From: Gemmatimonadota bacterium | GTDB taxonomy: Bacteria > Gemmatimonadota > Gemmatimonadetes > Palauibacterales > Palauibacteraceae | Direction of reading: 5' to 3' | Assembly: GCA_046758745.1 (NCBI GenBank) | Contig: JBHIAV010000005.1 | Span: 40,778 to 104,777 of the forward strand | DNA: 64,000 nucleotides | In this document: positions 19,281 through 30,503 of the stretch, piece after piece | How positions within the stretch are numbered: the stretch's first letter is position 1 | Layout of the letters: each line of letters opens with the position of its first letter | Position numbers and translations under genes: made by a program | Notes under the pieces: generated by a model | What the model saw: only the letters and a program-made list of their open reading frames with translations | Told to the model about the DNA's origin: nothing | Databases searched by the model: none

Positions 19281-19637
19281 ATGCACCCGCAGCTCGAGAT
19301 CCTGCTCGAGATGCAGGACCTCCACAGCCAGAGGCGGGCGTTGCTCGAAGAGCCGACGCGGGAGGTCGAATCGTCCTTCTTCGACCTGGAGATCGACGAG
19401 GCCGTACGGATCCTCGATAAGAAGATCGAGGAGCTGATCGGACGGCTCGAGCCCACCGTGCAAGCCCGATACCGGACGATCGCCGGCTCACTGGGCCGCG
19501 CCGTAGTGCCGGTGGTGAACGGGATCTGTTACGGCTGCTTCGTGGCCGTACCCACGGCGTGGGCCTCGGAGGCGAGCCGCAACGACCGGGTGCGCGTGTG
19601 CGACCAGTGCGGTCGTTTCCTGTATCACGTCGACTGA
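19281..19637 (+). CDS. Short C4-type zinc-ribbon protein (DUF164 / HP0958-CT398-like)
   Basis: LLEMQDL N-terminus, Y..I....G.AVVPV..GICYGC...CDQCGRFLY. Confidence 0.8.
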   Translation: MHPQLEILLEMQDLHSQRRALLEEPTREVESSFFDLEIDEAVRILDKKIEELIGRLEPTVQARYRTIAGSLGRAVVPVVNGICYGCFVAVPTAWASEASRNDRVRVCDQCGRFLYHVD

Positions 19638-19723
19638 TCCACCCCACCGCCGAGCCGCGCAGATCGTGAGCTCGTTCCTCTCGGAGGAGAAACGGACCCC
19701 GCTCTCCGCCAATGCACCGGCCG

Positions 19724-20167
19724 TCATCGGGAGGCGAGGAGCTTCCTGACCTCACTCTCTCCGTTGACCAGCAGCTGCACGAAGTAGGGCCCCGACGCGA
19801 CCCTCCGGCCGGAACGGTCCCGACCGTCCCATAAGGCGAGATACCGGCCGGGTCGTGGATACGAGAGGGAGTCGATGGGCTCGCCGCGGCCCGCCGGGTG
19901 GTCGAGGGCCGTCGGGATCGCCACCAGCTGGTGGAGGAGGCTGAAGATGCGCATCGAGACGGTGACCTCTCCTCCCGACGCGAAGGCGGAATCCCCCAGA
20001 ACGAAGGGGATGCGGGCGGTCGACCGGAACGGGTTCGGATACGGGACCCCCAGCGCAAACGGCGGCGCGGCGGTCGCCCGAGGGTCGGACGAGACCTCCT
20101 GCGCGTGCGCGGACCCGGCTTGCACGCCGCCGAGGAGCAGCAGAAGCGCGGCGGCGGCCGCTCTCAT
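19724..20167 (-). CDS. Secreted stand-alone FlgD-Ig / secretion-CTD-like domain protein
   Basis: Signal peptide ending AHA-Q, then PYPNPF, IF.LL.QLV and WDGRD.SGR.VASG.YFVQL. ATGA overlap with selB. Confidence 0.75.
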   Translation of the reverse strand: MRAAAAALLLLLGGVQAGSAHAQEVSSDPRATAAPPFALGVPYPNPFRSTARIPFVLGDSAFASGGEVTVSMRIFSLLHQLVAIPTALDHPAGRGEPIDSLSYPRPGRYLALWDGRDRSGRRVASGPYFVQLLVNGESEVRKLLASR

Positions 20168-22050
20168 CGCTCGACGAGCTCCCTTCCCTCGCCTACGCGT
20201 CTCGTAACTCCCGTCCTATCCAAGAATTCCATAAGAGGGATCAAGTACTTTCGCGATACGCCGAACGCCTCTTTGAAGTCCCCCGGCGCCGCGGTACCCC
20301 GCTCCCCGAGGAGGCGGCGGGCTCGAAGTCGGGCGTTCTCGGCCTCCTCCGCGGCGAGGAAGATCTCCGGCGTCAGCGCCACGATCTCCTCCCGCTCGAG
20401 GAGGAGGCGAAGGAGGTCGTTGAGCAGCGGACGGTCCAGACCCAGCCTCGCCGCGATCTCATCGACGGTCGGTGGCGCCAGTCCTCCCTCGCCCACCGCG
20501 CGCGCCACCTCGGCCAGCGCCCGCTCTTCGGCGGCCGTCAGCTCGGCGCCGTGGCCGGGAAGCCGGGCGCTCGGGCCGTCGACCAGGATCTTCCGCTCGT
20601 CTACGAGCTCGTCGAGGGCGCGCTCCAGCAGTGCGGGTGCGAAACGACCGGCGGCGGCGGAGCGCAACCCCTCCAGGGATACGGACGGCGCCCTGCGGTT
20701 CGCGGCGTGCGCTCTCCGCACAGCGTCGAGGAGTGCGGACCGAGCGCCGGAGAGGATTTCCCGCGAGAACCACCGCCTGCCGATCCGGACCGCGTCTACG
20801 CGTCGCGCGTCGGGCCGGGCGAGCCGGTCGGCGGGAAGGCCCGTGACGATCGGGAGCCTCTCGTCGGCCAGCCCCTGGCCGGCGGCGAGGCGAACCGCGG
20901 CGACGATCGCCTCCTCGGCGGTACCGTCGAGGCAACGCTCCCATGCCCCGACCCGCTCACGCCAGCCTCTCGGCGGATCGAGCGCAGAGATGCGCCCGCC
21001 CCCGATCGTGGTGACGGGCGAGTAGAAGCGGATGACGAAGCGGTCGCGGCCGCGCGCCACCACCGGCGTCTCGAGCGCGAGGACCGCCCATCCACGCTGG
21101 CCGGGCTCGAGCCGGTCCCTGTTGGCGAGCACCACCCTGCTCATGACCTCGCTGGTGCCCAGATACAGGCGAACGCGCTGACCATGCTCCACGTGGCGCG
21201 GAGCGTGCGCGAGGACCTCCAGCCACACGCCGACGCGCCGGGACGGCCTCCAAGCGCCCTCCGAGACGATCACGCTCCCCCGCTTCGCCTCGTCGGCCTG
21301 GACCCCGACGAGGGCGAGGGCTGCCCGCCGTCCGGCGGCGACGCGCGGGCGCGTCCGTCCGTGCACTTCCACGGAGCGCACCCTCACCCTCTTCCCGCCC
21401 GGAAAGAGGCGAACCCTATCCCCGCTCGCCACCTCCCCACTCCACACGGTCCCGGTCACCACGGTACCCACACCACGGATGGTGAAAGAGCGATCGACGG
21501 GCATGCGGAACAGGTCCCTTCCCTCCTTCCCGCGCGCATGCGCCGCCTGCCGAAAGATCTCGGCGCGGAGCTCATCCACACCGGCTCGGGTAGCCGCCGA
21601 GACGGGCACCACCGGCCAGCGGGTGTGACCGAGGACGGCCCGAAGCTCTTCGGCCACCGCCTGTCGGGCCAGTTCGAGAAGCTCCGAGTCCGTCCGATCG
21701 ACCTTGTTCAGGGCGACGATTCCGTGCTCCACTCCCAGGAGCCTGGCTATCGCCAGGTGCTCGCGGGTTTGCGGCATCGGCCCCTCCTCGGCCGCCACCA
21801 CCAGGAGGAGGAGGTCGATGCCGGTGGAGCCCGCCAGCATGTTCTTGACGAAGTCCTCATGGCCGGGGACGTCGATCACTCCCACCTCGACCCCTTCCTC
21901 CGCTCCGAGTCGGGCGAAGCCGATGTCGATCGTCAGTCCGCGCTCCTTCTCCTCCTTCCAGCGGTCGGTGTCGACGCCTGTCAGGGCGCGAACGAGCGCC
22001 GTCTTCCCATGGTCGACATGTCCGGCCGTGCCCACCACCACCCCTTTCAT
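20164..22050 (-). CDS. selB: Selenocysteine-specific elongation factor
   Basis: GTAGHVDHGKT, RGLTIDIGF, DVPGHEDFV, NKVD and the C-terminal winged helix VSRKYLIPLMEFLD. ATGA overlap with recO. Confidence 0.97.
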   Translation of the reverse strand: MKGVVVGTAGHVDHGKTALVRALTGVDTDRWKEEKERGLTIDIGFARLGAEEGVEVGVIDVPGHEDFVKNMLAGSTGIDLLLLVVAAEEGPMPQTREHLAIARLLGVEHGIVALNKVDRTDSELLELARQAVAEELRAVLGHTRWPVVPVSAATRAGVDELRAEIFRQAAHARGKEGRDLFRMPVDRSFTIRGVGTVVTGTVWSGEVASGDRVRLFPGGKRVRVRSVEVHGRTRPRVAAGRRAALALVGVQADEAKRGSVIVSEGAWRPSRRVGVWLEVLAHAPRHVEHGQRVRLYLGTSEVMSRVVLANRDRLEPGQRGWAVLALETPVVARGRDRFVIRFYSPVTTIGGGRISALDPPRGWRERVGAWERCLDGTAEEAIVAAVRLAAGQGLADERLPIVTGLPADRLARPDARRVDAVRIGRRWFSREILSGARSALLDAVRRAHAANRRAPSVSLEGLRSAAAGRFAPALLERALDELVDERKILVDGPSARLPGHGAELTAAEERALAEVARAVGEGGLAPPTVDEIAARLGLDRPLLNDLLRLLLEREEIVALTPEIFLAAEEAENARLRARRLLGERGTAAPGDFKEAFGVSRKYLIPLMEFLDRTGVTRRVGEGRELVER

Positions 22051-22784
22051 CGGACCCGCCCGAGTCCGAGGAAGTCGAGCGAGCGGAGACGCACCCCCTC
22101 GGCCAGGTGATGCCGGATGAAATCGGCCACGAGAGTCACCTGTCGGTCGGTGACATCCCCCGCGCCGTCCCCCCCCCCCGCCAGCGCGCGCAGCTTCGTG
22201 AGCTCCGCCCCGCTCAGGAGCGCCCCCACTTGCGAACAGCTTTCGCAGCGTACACCTCCCGAGGCGCAATCGAATCTGCCCGGCTCACCGGAGGCGATCG
22301 GCCGGCCGCACTCGAGGCAGAGATCCAGGGCCGGGGCGAAGCCCAGCACCGCGACGAGCCGCCAGATCCGTCCGAGAGCGACCGACGGCACGACTGGCAC
22401 CGAAGCCGCCAGGAGGGCATCGAGCCCGCCGGTAAGCGCCTCGTACAGTCGCTGATCCGCCTGCTCGGGGGCGAGGCGAAGGACGAGCTCGCAAAGGACC
22501 GAGGCGCCGGAGAAGCGATCGAGGTCCGAACCCAGCTCCTGCCGGGCGTGCAGGAGCTCGAAATCGGAGAGGGTGTGGAGGTCGCGGTTCGACTTCAGAT
22601 AGAGGGTGGCGCGGCCTTCCGCGAACGGCTCGAGGAGCCCTGCGAGGCGACTCCGCGGCCGAAGAGCTCCCCGGGCGATCGCCGAACGCGGTCCATGCTC
22701 CCGCGTCATGAGGCGAAGGATCTTGCTCGTGTCGCTGTACCGGAACGTCTGCAACACGACGCAGCGGGTCGTTACGATCGGCAC
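22047..22784 (-). CDS. recO: DNA repair protein RecO
   Basis: YSDTSKIL...T.EHG...IARGA, LEPF, and Zn motif CLECG...CESC. Confidence 0.93.
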   Translation of the reverse strand: MPIVTTRCVVLQTFRYSDTSKILRLMTREHGPRSAIARGALRPRSRLAGLLEPFAEGRATLYLKSNRDLHTLSDFELLHARQELGSDLDRFSGASVLCELVLRLAPEQADQRLYEALTGGLDALLAASVPVVPSVALGRIWRLVAVLGFAPALDLCLECGRPIASGEPGRFDCASGGVRCESCSQVGALLSGAELTKLRALAGGGDGAGDVTDRQVTLVADFIRHHLAEGVRLRSLDFLGLGRVR

Positions 22785-22941
22785 GAGCGCAAGTTACGCG
22801 CGTCATGATGGGCGAGCAACGAGTCATCGGTCGCCCCGGTTCGGGATCGAGGGGGTGCGCCCGCCGCGGGGGGATCATGACCGAGGGCGGCCGCGTCGCT
22901 CTGCACGGGGCCGCCAGGGCCCGGGGGGGCCGCGTGCGACC

Positions 22942-23742
22942 CTATTCGCCCGATCCCCGCGATGCGGCGGAGAGGGGCACCACCTGCCGTCCGAGCGCAC
23001 CGAGGTTCAGCACCCGCACCGGCCAGCCGAAGGCCGATTCCAGGCGCTCCGGCACCAGCACGTCGGATGGCCGTCCCAACGCTTCGACCCGCCCCCCCAC
23101 GAGAAGCACCAGGTGGTCCGCGTACCGAGCCGCGAGGTTGAGATTGTGGGTGATGGAGATCACGTCTAGTCCCTTCTCTCGAACGAGGTCCGACACGAGC
23201 TCGAAGAACTCCATCTCATGCCCGAGATCCAGGTGCGCGGTGGGCTCGTCGAGAACCAGGTGGCGGGGCGACTGGGCGAGTGCCCGGGCGAGCCGCGCGC
23301 GCTGCATCTCGCCCGCAGAGAGCCGCGACACGTCGCGCCACACGAGCTCCGCCAACCCCGTTCGCTCGATCGCTTCCCACACGATCTGCCGATCCTCGCG
23401 GGCCAGGCCCGCCCATGCCCGGAGGTAGGGGTGGCGTCCCATCTCGACGTACTCCCACACGGCGAGCGGAAAGTGAACCGGCTCCTCCTGCGTTACGACG
23501 CCGACGCACCGGGCGAGCTCCCGCCTGGGCCAGGAGCTGCTCGGGCGGCCCCTGAACAGGGCCTCGCCGTGCTCGGGCTCCAGAATACCGAGCAACAGCC
23601 GGAGGAGCGTGCTCTTCCCCGCCCCGTTTGGACCCACGATGATGGTGTGCATCCGCGCCGGACATTCGAGGCTCACCTCGGCCACCGCCGGCATGCTCGC
23701 CCCCGGGTAGCGATATGACACGCGGGAGAGCTCGAAGCTCAC
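22942..23742 (-). CDS. btuD: Cobalamin/iron-chelate ABC transporter ATP-binding subunit (BtuD/FecE-like)
   Basis: GPNGAGKS, LSAGEMQR, LDEPTAHLD, THNLNLA. GTGA-coupled to the permease. Confidence 0.88.
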   Translation of the reverse strand: MSFELSRVSYRYPGASMPAVAEVSLECPARMHTIIVGPNGAGKSTLLRLLLGILEPEHGEALFRGRPSSSWPRRELARCVGVVTQEEPVHFPLAVWEYVEMGRHPYLRAWAGLAREDRQIVWEAIERTGLAELVWRDVSRLSAGEMQRARLARALAQSPRHLVLDEPTAHLDLGHEMEFFELVSDLVREKGLDVISITHNLNLAARYADHLVLLVGGRVEALGRPSDVLVPERLESAFGWPVRVLNLGALGRQVVPLSAASRGSGE

Positions 23743-24725
23743 CGGACGTAGCGCCGCCGGAGGAGCACGAGGAAGAAAGGAACGCCCACGAATGCCATCA
23801 CCACCCCCACGGGAATCTCCAGCGGCGCGGCGGCTGTGCGCGCGGCCGAGTCCGCCGCCACGAGCACCGCTCCGCCCCCCAGGAAGCTGAGTGGGATCAG
23901 CCGCCGGTGGTCTGCCCCCCACAGCATGCGGACGGCGTGCGGGACGACGAGCCCGACGAAGCCGATCACGCCGGCAACGCTCACCGCAATGGCCGCGAGG
24001 AACGATGCCAGGAGATAGGCGAGCCGCTTGACGCGCTCGACTTCGGTCCCCAGGTGCGCGGCGGTCTCCTCCCCGAGGGCCAGCGCGTTCAGGTGCCGCC
24101 CAAGCGCGACGGACGCCACGACGGCCGGAAGGGCGTAGGCGGCGACGATGGCCGTCATGCGCCAGGACGCCTGTCCGAGGCTTCCCATCGTCCAGAATAT
24201 CGCCGATTGAAGGGCCCGCGCCGACGCCAAGGTGAAGAGCAGCATCACGCAAGCGGTGAAGAACGCGCCGGCTACGACACCGGCCAGGAGCAGAATGCGG
24301 GTGTCGAGCCGACCCACGGACGACGCGACGCGGAAGACCAACGCGATCGCGAGGACGGCGCCCGCGAACGCAGCCAGCGGAAGGCTCACCGCGCCGAGCG
24401 CCGACATCCCGACCGTGATCGCCGCGACGGCGCCCAGGGCCGCACCCGATTGGACGCCGAGCAGGTAGGGCTCCGCCAGTGGGTTTCTCAGCAGCGCCTG
24501 GAAGAGCGCACCGGAGACGGCGAGGCTCGCTCCCGTGAGGATGCCGGCCGTCACGCGCGGGAGCCGCACCGCCAGGAGGATGGTGCGGGCCGGAGTCTCC
24601 TCGCCGCTGACGACGGCGCGCCACAGCTCCGCCGGGGTGAGCGAGGCCGGGCCCAGAAGGAGCCCGGTCATCGCGCTCGCCACAAGAAGCGCGCCCGCGA
24701 TGGCGAATGGGATGACCCGCCTCAC
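23739..24725 (-). CDS. btuC: Cobalamin ABC permease (BtuC/FecCD family)
   Basis: VRLPR, RNPLAEPYLLG, LGEETAAHLG, GVIGFVGLVVPH, EIPVG. GTGA-coupled. Confidence 0.88.
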   Translation of the reverse strand: MRRVIPFAIAGALLVASAMTGLLLGPASLTPAELWRAVVSGEETPARTILLAVRLPRVTAGILTGASLAVSGALFQALLRNPLAEPYLLGVQSGAALGAVAAITVGMSALGAVSLPLAAFAGAVLAIALVFRVASSVGRLDTRILLLAGVVAGAFFTACVMLLFTLASARALQSAIFWTMGSLGQASWRMTAIVAAYALPAVVASVALGRHLNALALGEETAAHLGTEVERVKRLAYLLASFLAAIAVSVAGVIGFVGLVVPHAVRMLWGADHRRLIPLSFLGGGAVLVAADSAARTAAAPLEIPVGVVMAFVGVPFFLVLLRRRYVR

Positions 24726-25735
24726 GGCGCGTCCGACCGCACGGCCATCGGTCCCTCCAAGGGGCGACCGGCGCTTCCCCGACCTCCTCCACGTGCCGGG
24801 GGGGCACCGTCCGGCGGGCCGACAACGCCCACCTCCGGATGTATGGCCACGGCGAGGATCGCGGCGGCTTGCCCGATGCGGGGTCCCAACCGGTGCACGA
24901 TGTCCGCATCGACGGTGCGCACAGAACCCTCCCGAACGGCACGAACGGCGTTCCACCCCGGCCTCTTCGTCGGGGGTGTCTGCCGACCGGCTGGTTCCGC
25001 GGTCAACGGATACAGGATGACCTCAGGGTCGCGCTCCGCGATCGCCTCGAGGCTCACCTGAGGGGACGGCGAGGCAAGATCGCTGAAGATGTTCCGCCCG
25101 CCCACGATCGCGATGAGGGAATCCAGATAGCTGCCAGCGCCGATCGTGATCGCGGGAGGATACCAGATATCGTAGTAGACGGATCGTGGCGGCAGATGCC
25201 GCGTCAGCTCCTTCACCCTGCGGAGCTCTCGCCGCACCCCCGTCAACAAGGCCTCGGCCGCCTCGGTCCGGCCGGTTAGGAGGCCGAGGCGCCCGACGGT
25301 ACGCTCGAAGTCCGGTAGCGTGTTGAGAGCGACGGCCAGGGAGGGGATCCCCAGACGCTCGAACTCCCGCACGGCCGGCACGTTGTCCGAGCCGGCGAAC
25401 AGGATCACGACGTCGGGACGGTGAGCCAGCACCAGCTCGGTCGAAGGACGAACGGCGTCGCCGAGATTGGGGAGGTTCAGCACCTCCGGCGGATAGTCGT
25501 CCCACCGGGACCGGCCGGCCACGCTCTCCCCCGCGCCAATCGCGAAAAGGACCTCCGTGACGGCGGGGATAAGGGAGACGATGCGATCCGGAGGCCGGGC
25601 AAAAACCAGGGTACGCCCGAGGTCATCGGTGACCCATGTGGTGTCGCCGCGACGGGCGTGAACCGTTCCGTCCGTGGCTCCCGCCACCGACACGAAGGCG
25701 GCCAGGGCGTACAGAGCGCCGGCGACTTCCAACAA
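24722..25735 (-). CDS. btuF: Cobalamin-binding periplasmic protein (BtuF-like)
   Basis: DDLGR...PDRIVSL.PA.TEVLFAIGAG, DDYP, R.GPR. AAGGAGG RBS before TTG; lies downstream of a B12 riboswitch. Confidence 0.85.
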   Translation of the reverse strand: MLEVAGALYALAAFVSVAGATDGTVHARRGDTTWVTDDLGRTLVFARPPDRIVSLIPAVTEVLFAIGAGESVAGRSRWDDYPPEVLNLPNLGDAVRPSTELVLAHRPDVVILFAGSDNVPAVREFERLGIPSLAVALNTLPDFERTVGRLGLLTGRTEAAEALLTGVRRELRRVKELTRHLPPRSVYYDIWYPPAITIGAGSYLDSLIAIVGGRNIFSDLASPSPQVSLEAIAERDPEVILYPLTAEPAGRQTPPTKRPGWNAVRAVREGSVRTVDADIVHRLGPRIGQAAAILAVAIHPEVGVVGPPDGAPPARGGGRGSAGRPLEGPMAVRSDAP

Positions 25736-25821
25736 GATCCCCTCCTTCCGCGGGAGGGGAACGGGTACCCCGGGGCGCCTGTCCGCCCACACCCTTCCCG
25801 CGAAGAGCTCGAGTGGGCGGG

Positions 25822-26015
25822 GACGGGACACGTCTCCTGGCTCGAGGCCTCGCCGTGCCTTCCCGGAGCGCCTCCAGTGGCGTGTTACGGCGAGAGCGGC
25901 TCCTGGCCGCGGTGCCTCTCACAGTGGCGGGGCCGCGCCGGCTTCACACCGGCTTCCGTATGCCCCATCCCCGATCCGTGCCGGGCGGCGCAGGTCATCA
26001 CCTTCGCACCCACGG
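25822..26015 (-). promoter_or_regulatory. Cobalamin (B12) riboswitch
   Basis: Minus strand: AGGTG...CGGAAGCCGGTGTGAAGCCGGCGCGGCCCCGCCACTGT...GCCACTGG...GGGAAGG...GAGCCAGGAGAC (B12 box). Boundaries approximate. Confidence 0.93.
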
Positions 26016-26134
26016 GGTGCGGACGACTGTCGCCGGCCGTGGCCGGAACGCCGCCCGGCGGTCTCGACCTACACTAGCCGGCGGATCGATGGCGGGGCAA
26101 GCGGGGCGCCGGGCGGGGTGGAGACCGGTCGGCT

Positions 26135-27214
26135 CTACCGGCAGCCGCTGCGACGCATAGCGAAGACGGCGGCCGCCAGAAGAGTGATGCCGGCGGCCAG
26201 CCATGCCCACGCGGCGGCGTTCGGACCGGCGGCGGACCAACTGACGGCCACGCGCGACCCCGCATCGAGCTCCCTGCCGGTGAAGCGAAGGTAGACACGG
26301 CCCTCGACCTCGGTGGTCTCCCGCGCCTCCGCCCCTTCCACCCGAGGCTCCGAGGCGGTACGAGCGATCAGCAGCTCGAGCCTGCGGGTCCGGTGATCGA
26401 CCGGTAGCTCCAGAGCGCCGTCCGGCACCATGTAGCGAAGCGTCACCCTCCGCCCGGTCGGCCGCAGCGGGCCCGCGAGGATCACCCTCCCGTCGACGAA
26501 CCGGATCTCACCGGTGGCAGGGCCGCTGGGGACGACCACCTTGTCCGTCGCGCCGCGTGGGAATCGGGCCGTCCATACGGCCTGGCCGGGGGCCGCGGCC
26601 ACCAGCGTTCGACCGGACGTTCCCTCGAGGTCGAAGACATCCATCACCTCGAGGGCAGGGCTCCCGGGCTCGAGCGGCGAGAGGATCGTGTGGCGCACGG
26701 AGACGGTGACGTCCCCGGGCGCGCCGGACACGATCGCCGTGTCGTAGACCAGGACCCGGTAGGGGCGGGGTGGATCCTCTCCTCCGTGCAGGGGCGGCCC
26801 GAAGTACAGAACGCCCTGGTGGCGGGCGGCGGTGAGGTACACCGCCGTGCTGCCGGGAGGCTCGCGCAGGAGGAAGCGGAACGACCCGTCGCGAGCGGAG
26901 ACGACCGAGTCCACGAGGGCGCCGGAGTCGGCCGTGACCCGGTGCAGTTCCACCCACGCCCCAGAGACGCCGCGTGAGTCCACCCCCCGCACGACCACGC
27001 CCCTGAGCTCTCTCGCCGCGTCCTGGGCCGGCCGGGTGACCCGGGACTCCACCACGGCCTCGGCCGGAGCGGCCGCGTGAGGACTCTCCGCGACGGCCAG
27101 GGGCGCAGGCGGGAGCAGGAGAGAACAAGATAACAGCGAGGCGGTGACCGGGCGCCGGACGACGGCCGTGCCTTCCACAAGCGCACGACCGGCCGCCGGA
27201 ACGGCTTCGCTCAC
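26135..27214 (-). CDS. Exported protein with carboxypeptidase-regulatory-like (Ig/transthyretin) domain and C-terminal TM anchor
   Basis: Signal-like segment, LRGVV...GVSGAWVELH...DGSFRF, C-terminal TM plus RR tail. GTGA-coupled to DUF151. Confidence 0.65.
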   Translation of the reverse strand: MSEAVPAAGRALVEGTAVVRRPVTASLLSCSLLLPPAPLAVAESPHAAAPAEAVVESRVTRPAQDAARELRGVVVRGVDSRGVSGAWVELHRVTADSGALVDSVVSARDGSFRFLLREPPGSTAVYLTAARHQGVLYFGPPLHGGEDPPRPYRVLVYDTAIVSGAPGDVTVSVRHTILSPLEPGSPALEVMDVFDLEGTSGRTLVAAAPGQAVWTARFPRGATDKVVVPSGPATGEIRFVDGRVILAGPLRPTGRRVTLRYMVPDGALELPVDHRTRRLELLIARTASEPRVEGAEARETTEVEGRVYLRFTGRELDAGSRVAVSWSAAGPNAAAWAWLAAGITLLAAAVFAMRRSGCR

Positions 27215-27762
27215 GGGGTGAAGCGCCCGAAGTCCTCCGGATTCAGTCGCTTCAGGTAGTCCCGGAGCTTTTCCTTCTCCTCCTCCGTCGGCTCGCTCTC
27301 GCCGGAAGCGCCGACCGCCCAGGGTGGAGCGTCCGCTTCGTCCTCGAAGCTCGACTCCTCGATCTCGAAGCTTGTCATCTCGAGCAGCGAGTCGTCCGCC
27401 AGAATCGGAGCCGACGCCCGCAGAGCGAGGGCGACGCTGTCGCTCGGGCGGGAGTCGATGGAGATGAGCTCTCCGTCGCGCCGGAAGATCAGGGAGGCGT
27501 AATAGGTGTTGTCCACCACCTTGGTGATCAACACGCGCACGAGCTCACTCCCGAGCCCTCGCACCACGGTATTGAAGAGATCGTGAGTCAGCGGCCGCGA
27601 GAACTTGATGCCGGCCAGCTCCATGGCGATCGCGCTCGCTTCGCCAGGGCCGATCCAGATCGGCAACAGGCGGTCCCCGCCCTTCTCCCTCAGGATGACG
27701 ACCGGCGTGTTCGAGGCCTTGTCCAGCCCGAGGCTCGCGACTTCGACTTCGGTCATCCGCAC
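27211..27762 (-). CDS. Bifunctional nuclease family (DUF151)
   Basis: PVVILRE...RLLPIWIG..EA.AI, RPLTHDL, IDSRPSDSVALALR. Confidence 0.92.
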   Translation of the reverse strand: MRMTEVEVASLGLDKASNTPVVILREKGGDRLLPIWIGPGEASAIAMELAGIKFSRPLTHDLFNTVVRGLGSELVRVLITKVVDNTYYASLIFRRDGELISIDSRPSDSVALALRASAPILADDSLLEMTSFEIEESSFEDEADAPPWAVGASGESEPTEEEKEKLRDYLKRLNPEDFGRFTP

Positions 27763-27790
27763 CCCCGGCGAGGCGTTCTCACAGGCCCCC

Positions 27791-29257
<1,467 letters not shown>

Positions 29258-30415
29258 CTACACCTTCGCCTTGAGCTCCTCCACCCGGTCGGTCCGTTCC
29301 CAGCTGAAGCCGCCGTCCGGCTGTGGGGATCGGCCGAAATGACCGTACGCAGCAGTCCGGCGGTAGATAGGCCGGCGAAGCTCGAGGGCCTCCATGATGG
29401 CCAGGGGGCGAAGATCGAAGACCTCCTTGACCGTCCGCTCCAGCTCCACATCGGGTACCGCGCCCGTGCCGGATGTGTCGACCGTGACCGACACCGGCTC
29501 CGCCACCCCGATCGCGTAGGCGAGCTGGATCTCCACCTCCCGGGCGAGCCCCGCCGCGACGACGTTCTTGGCCACCCAGCGGGCCGCGTAACTCGCCGAG
29601 CGATCTACCTTCGAGGGGTCCTTGCCGCTGAATGCTCCGCCTCCGTGTCTGCCCCAGCCCCCGTACGTGTCCACGATGATCTTCCGCCCCGTAACGCCGG
29701 CATCCCCCCGAGGCCCACCCACCACGAACCGGCCCGTCGGGTTGATGTGCACGACCACGCTTTCGGGATCGTACAGCTCCGACGGCAGCGCCGCCTCGAC
29801 AACCTGTGGGATGAGCGCTTCGCGCAGTTGCTCCTGCGAGACGTCCGGGGAGTGCTGCGCGGAAAGCACGACCGTGGTCACCCGAAGGGGACAGTCGCCC
29901 TCGTACTCGACCGTCACCTGCGACTTCCCGTCGGGGCGAAGCCAGTCGAGGATCCCCTCGTGGCGCACCTGAGCTAGACGGTGCGTCAGCCGATGTGCCA
30001 GGTGGATCGGCAGGGGCATCAGGTTCTTCGTCTCGTTGGTGGCGTAGCCGAACATCATCCCCTGATCACCGGCCCCGCCGCTGTCCACTCCGCGGGCTAT
30101 GTCCGGCGACTGCCGATCGATCGAGGTGAGGACCGAGCAGGTGTCGCAGTCGAAGCCGTACGAGGCATCTTGGTACCCGATCCCCCGGATCGTGTCGCGC
30201 GCCACGTCGGGGATGTGGACGTACCCACAGGTGGTGATCTCGCCGGCCACCAGGACCAGGCCGGTCGTGACGAGCGTCTCGCATGCCACCCGGGCCTTCG
30301 GATCCTGCTCCAGGATCGCGTCGAGCACACCGTCCGAGATCTGGTCGGCGATCTTGTCCGGATGGCCTTCGGTGACGGACTCCGAAGTGAAGAGATGGCG
30401 GCCGCTCGCGGGCAC
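29258..30415 (-). CDS. metK: S-adenosylmethionine synthetase
   Basis: [48 protein letters not shown] at 30415 with GGGAG RBS. Confidence 0.98.
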   Translation of the reverse strand: MPASGRHLFTSESVTEGHPDKIADQISDGVLDAILEQDPKARVACETLVTTGLVLVAGEITTCGYVHIPDVARDTIRGIGYQDASYGFDCDTCSVLTSIDRQSPDIARGVDSGGAGDQGMMFGYATNETKNLMPLPIHLAHRLTHRLAQVRHEGILDWLRPDGKSQVTVEYEGDCPLRVTTVVLSAQHSPDVSQEQLREALIPQVVEAALPSELYDPESVVVHINPTGRFVVGGPRGDAGVTGRKIIVDTYGGWGRHGGGAFSGKDPSKVDRSASYAARWVAKNVVAAGLAREVEIQLAYAIGVAEPVSVTVDTSGTGAVPDVELERTVKEVFDLRPLAIMEALELRRPIYRRTAAYGHFGRSPQPDGGFSWERTDRVEELKAKV

Positions 30416-30503
30416 TTGTGCTCCCGTCGTGGTGGACACTCCGAGCTCGACCGGCCCCCATGCGCGGGACCGGGGAGCAAAGCGCCCGGAAGCTACCGGT
30501 AGC

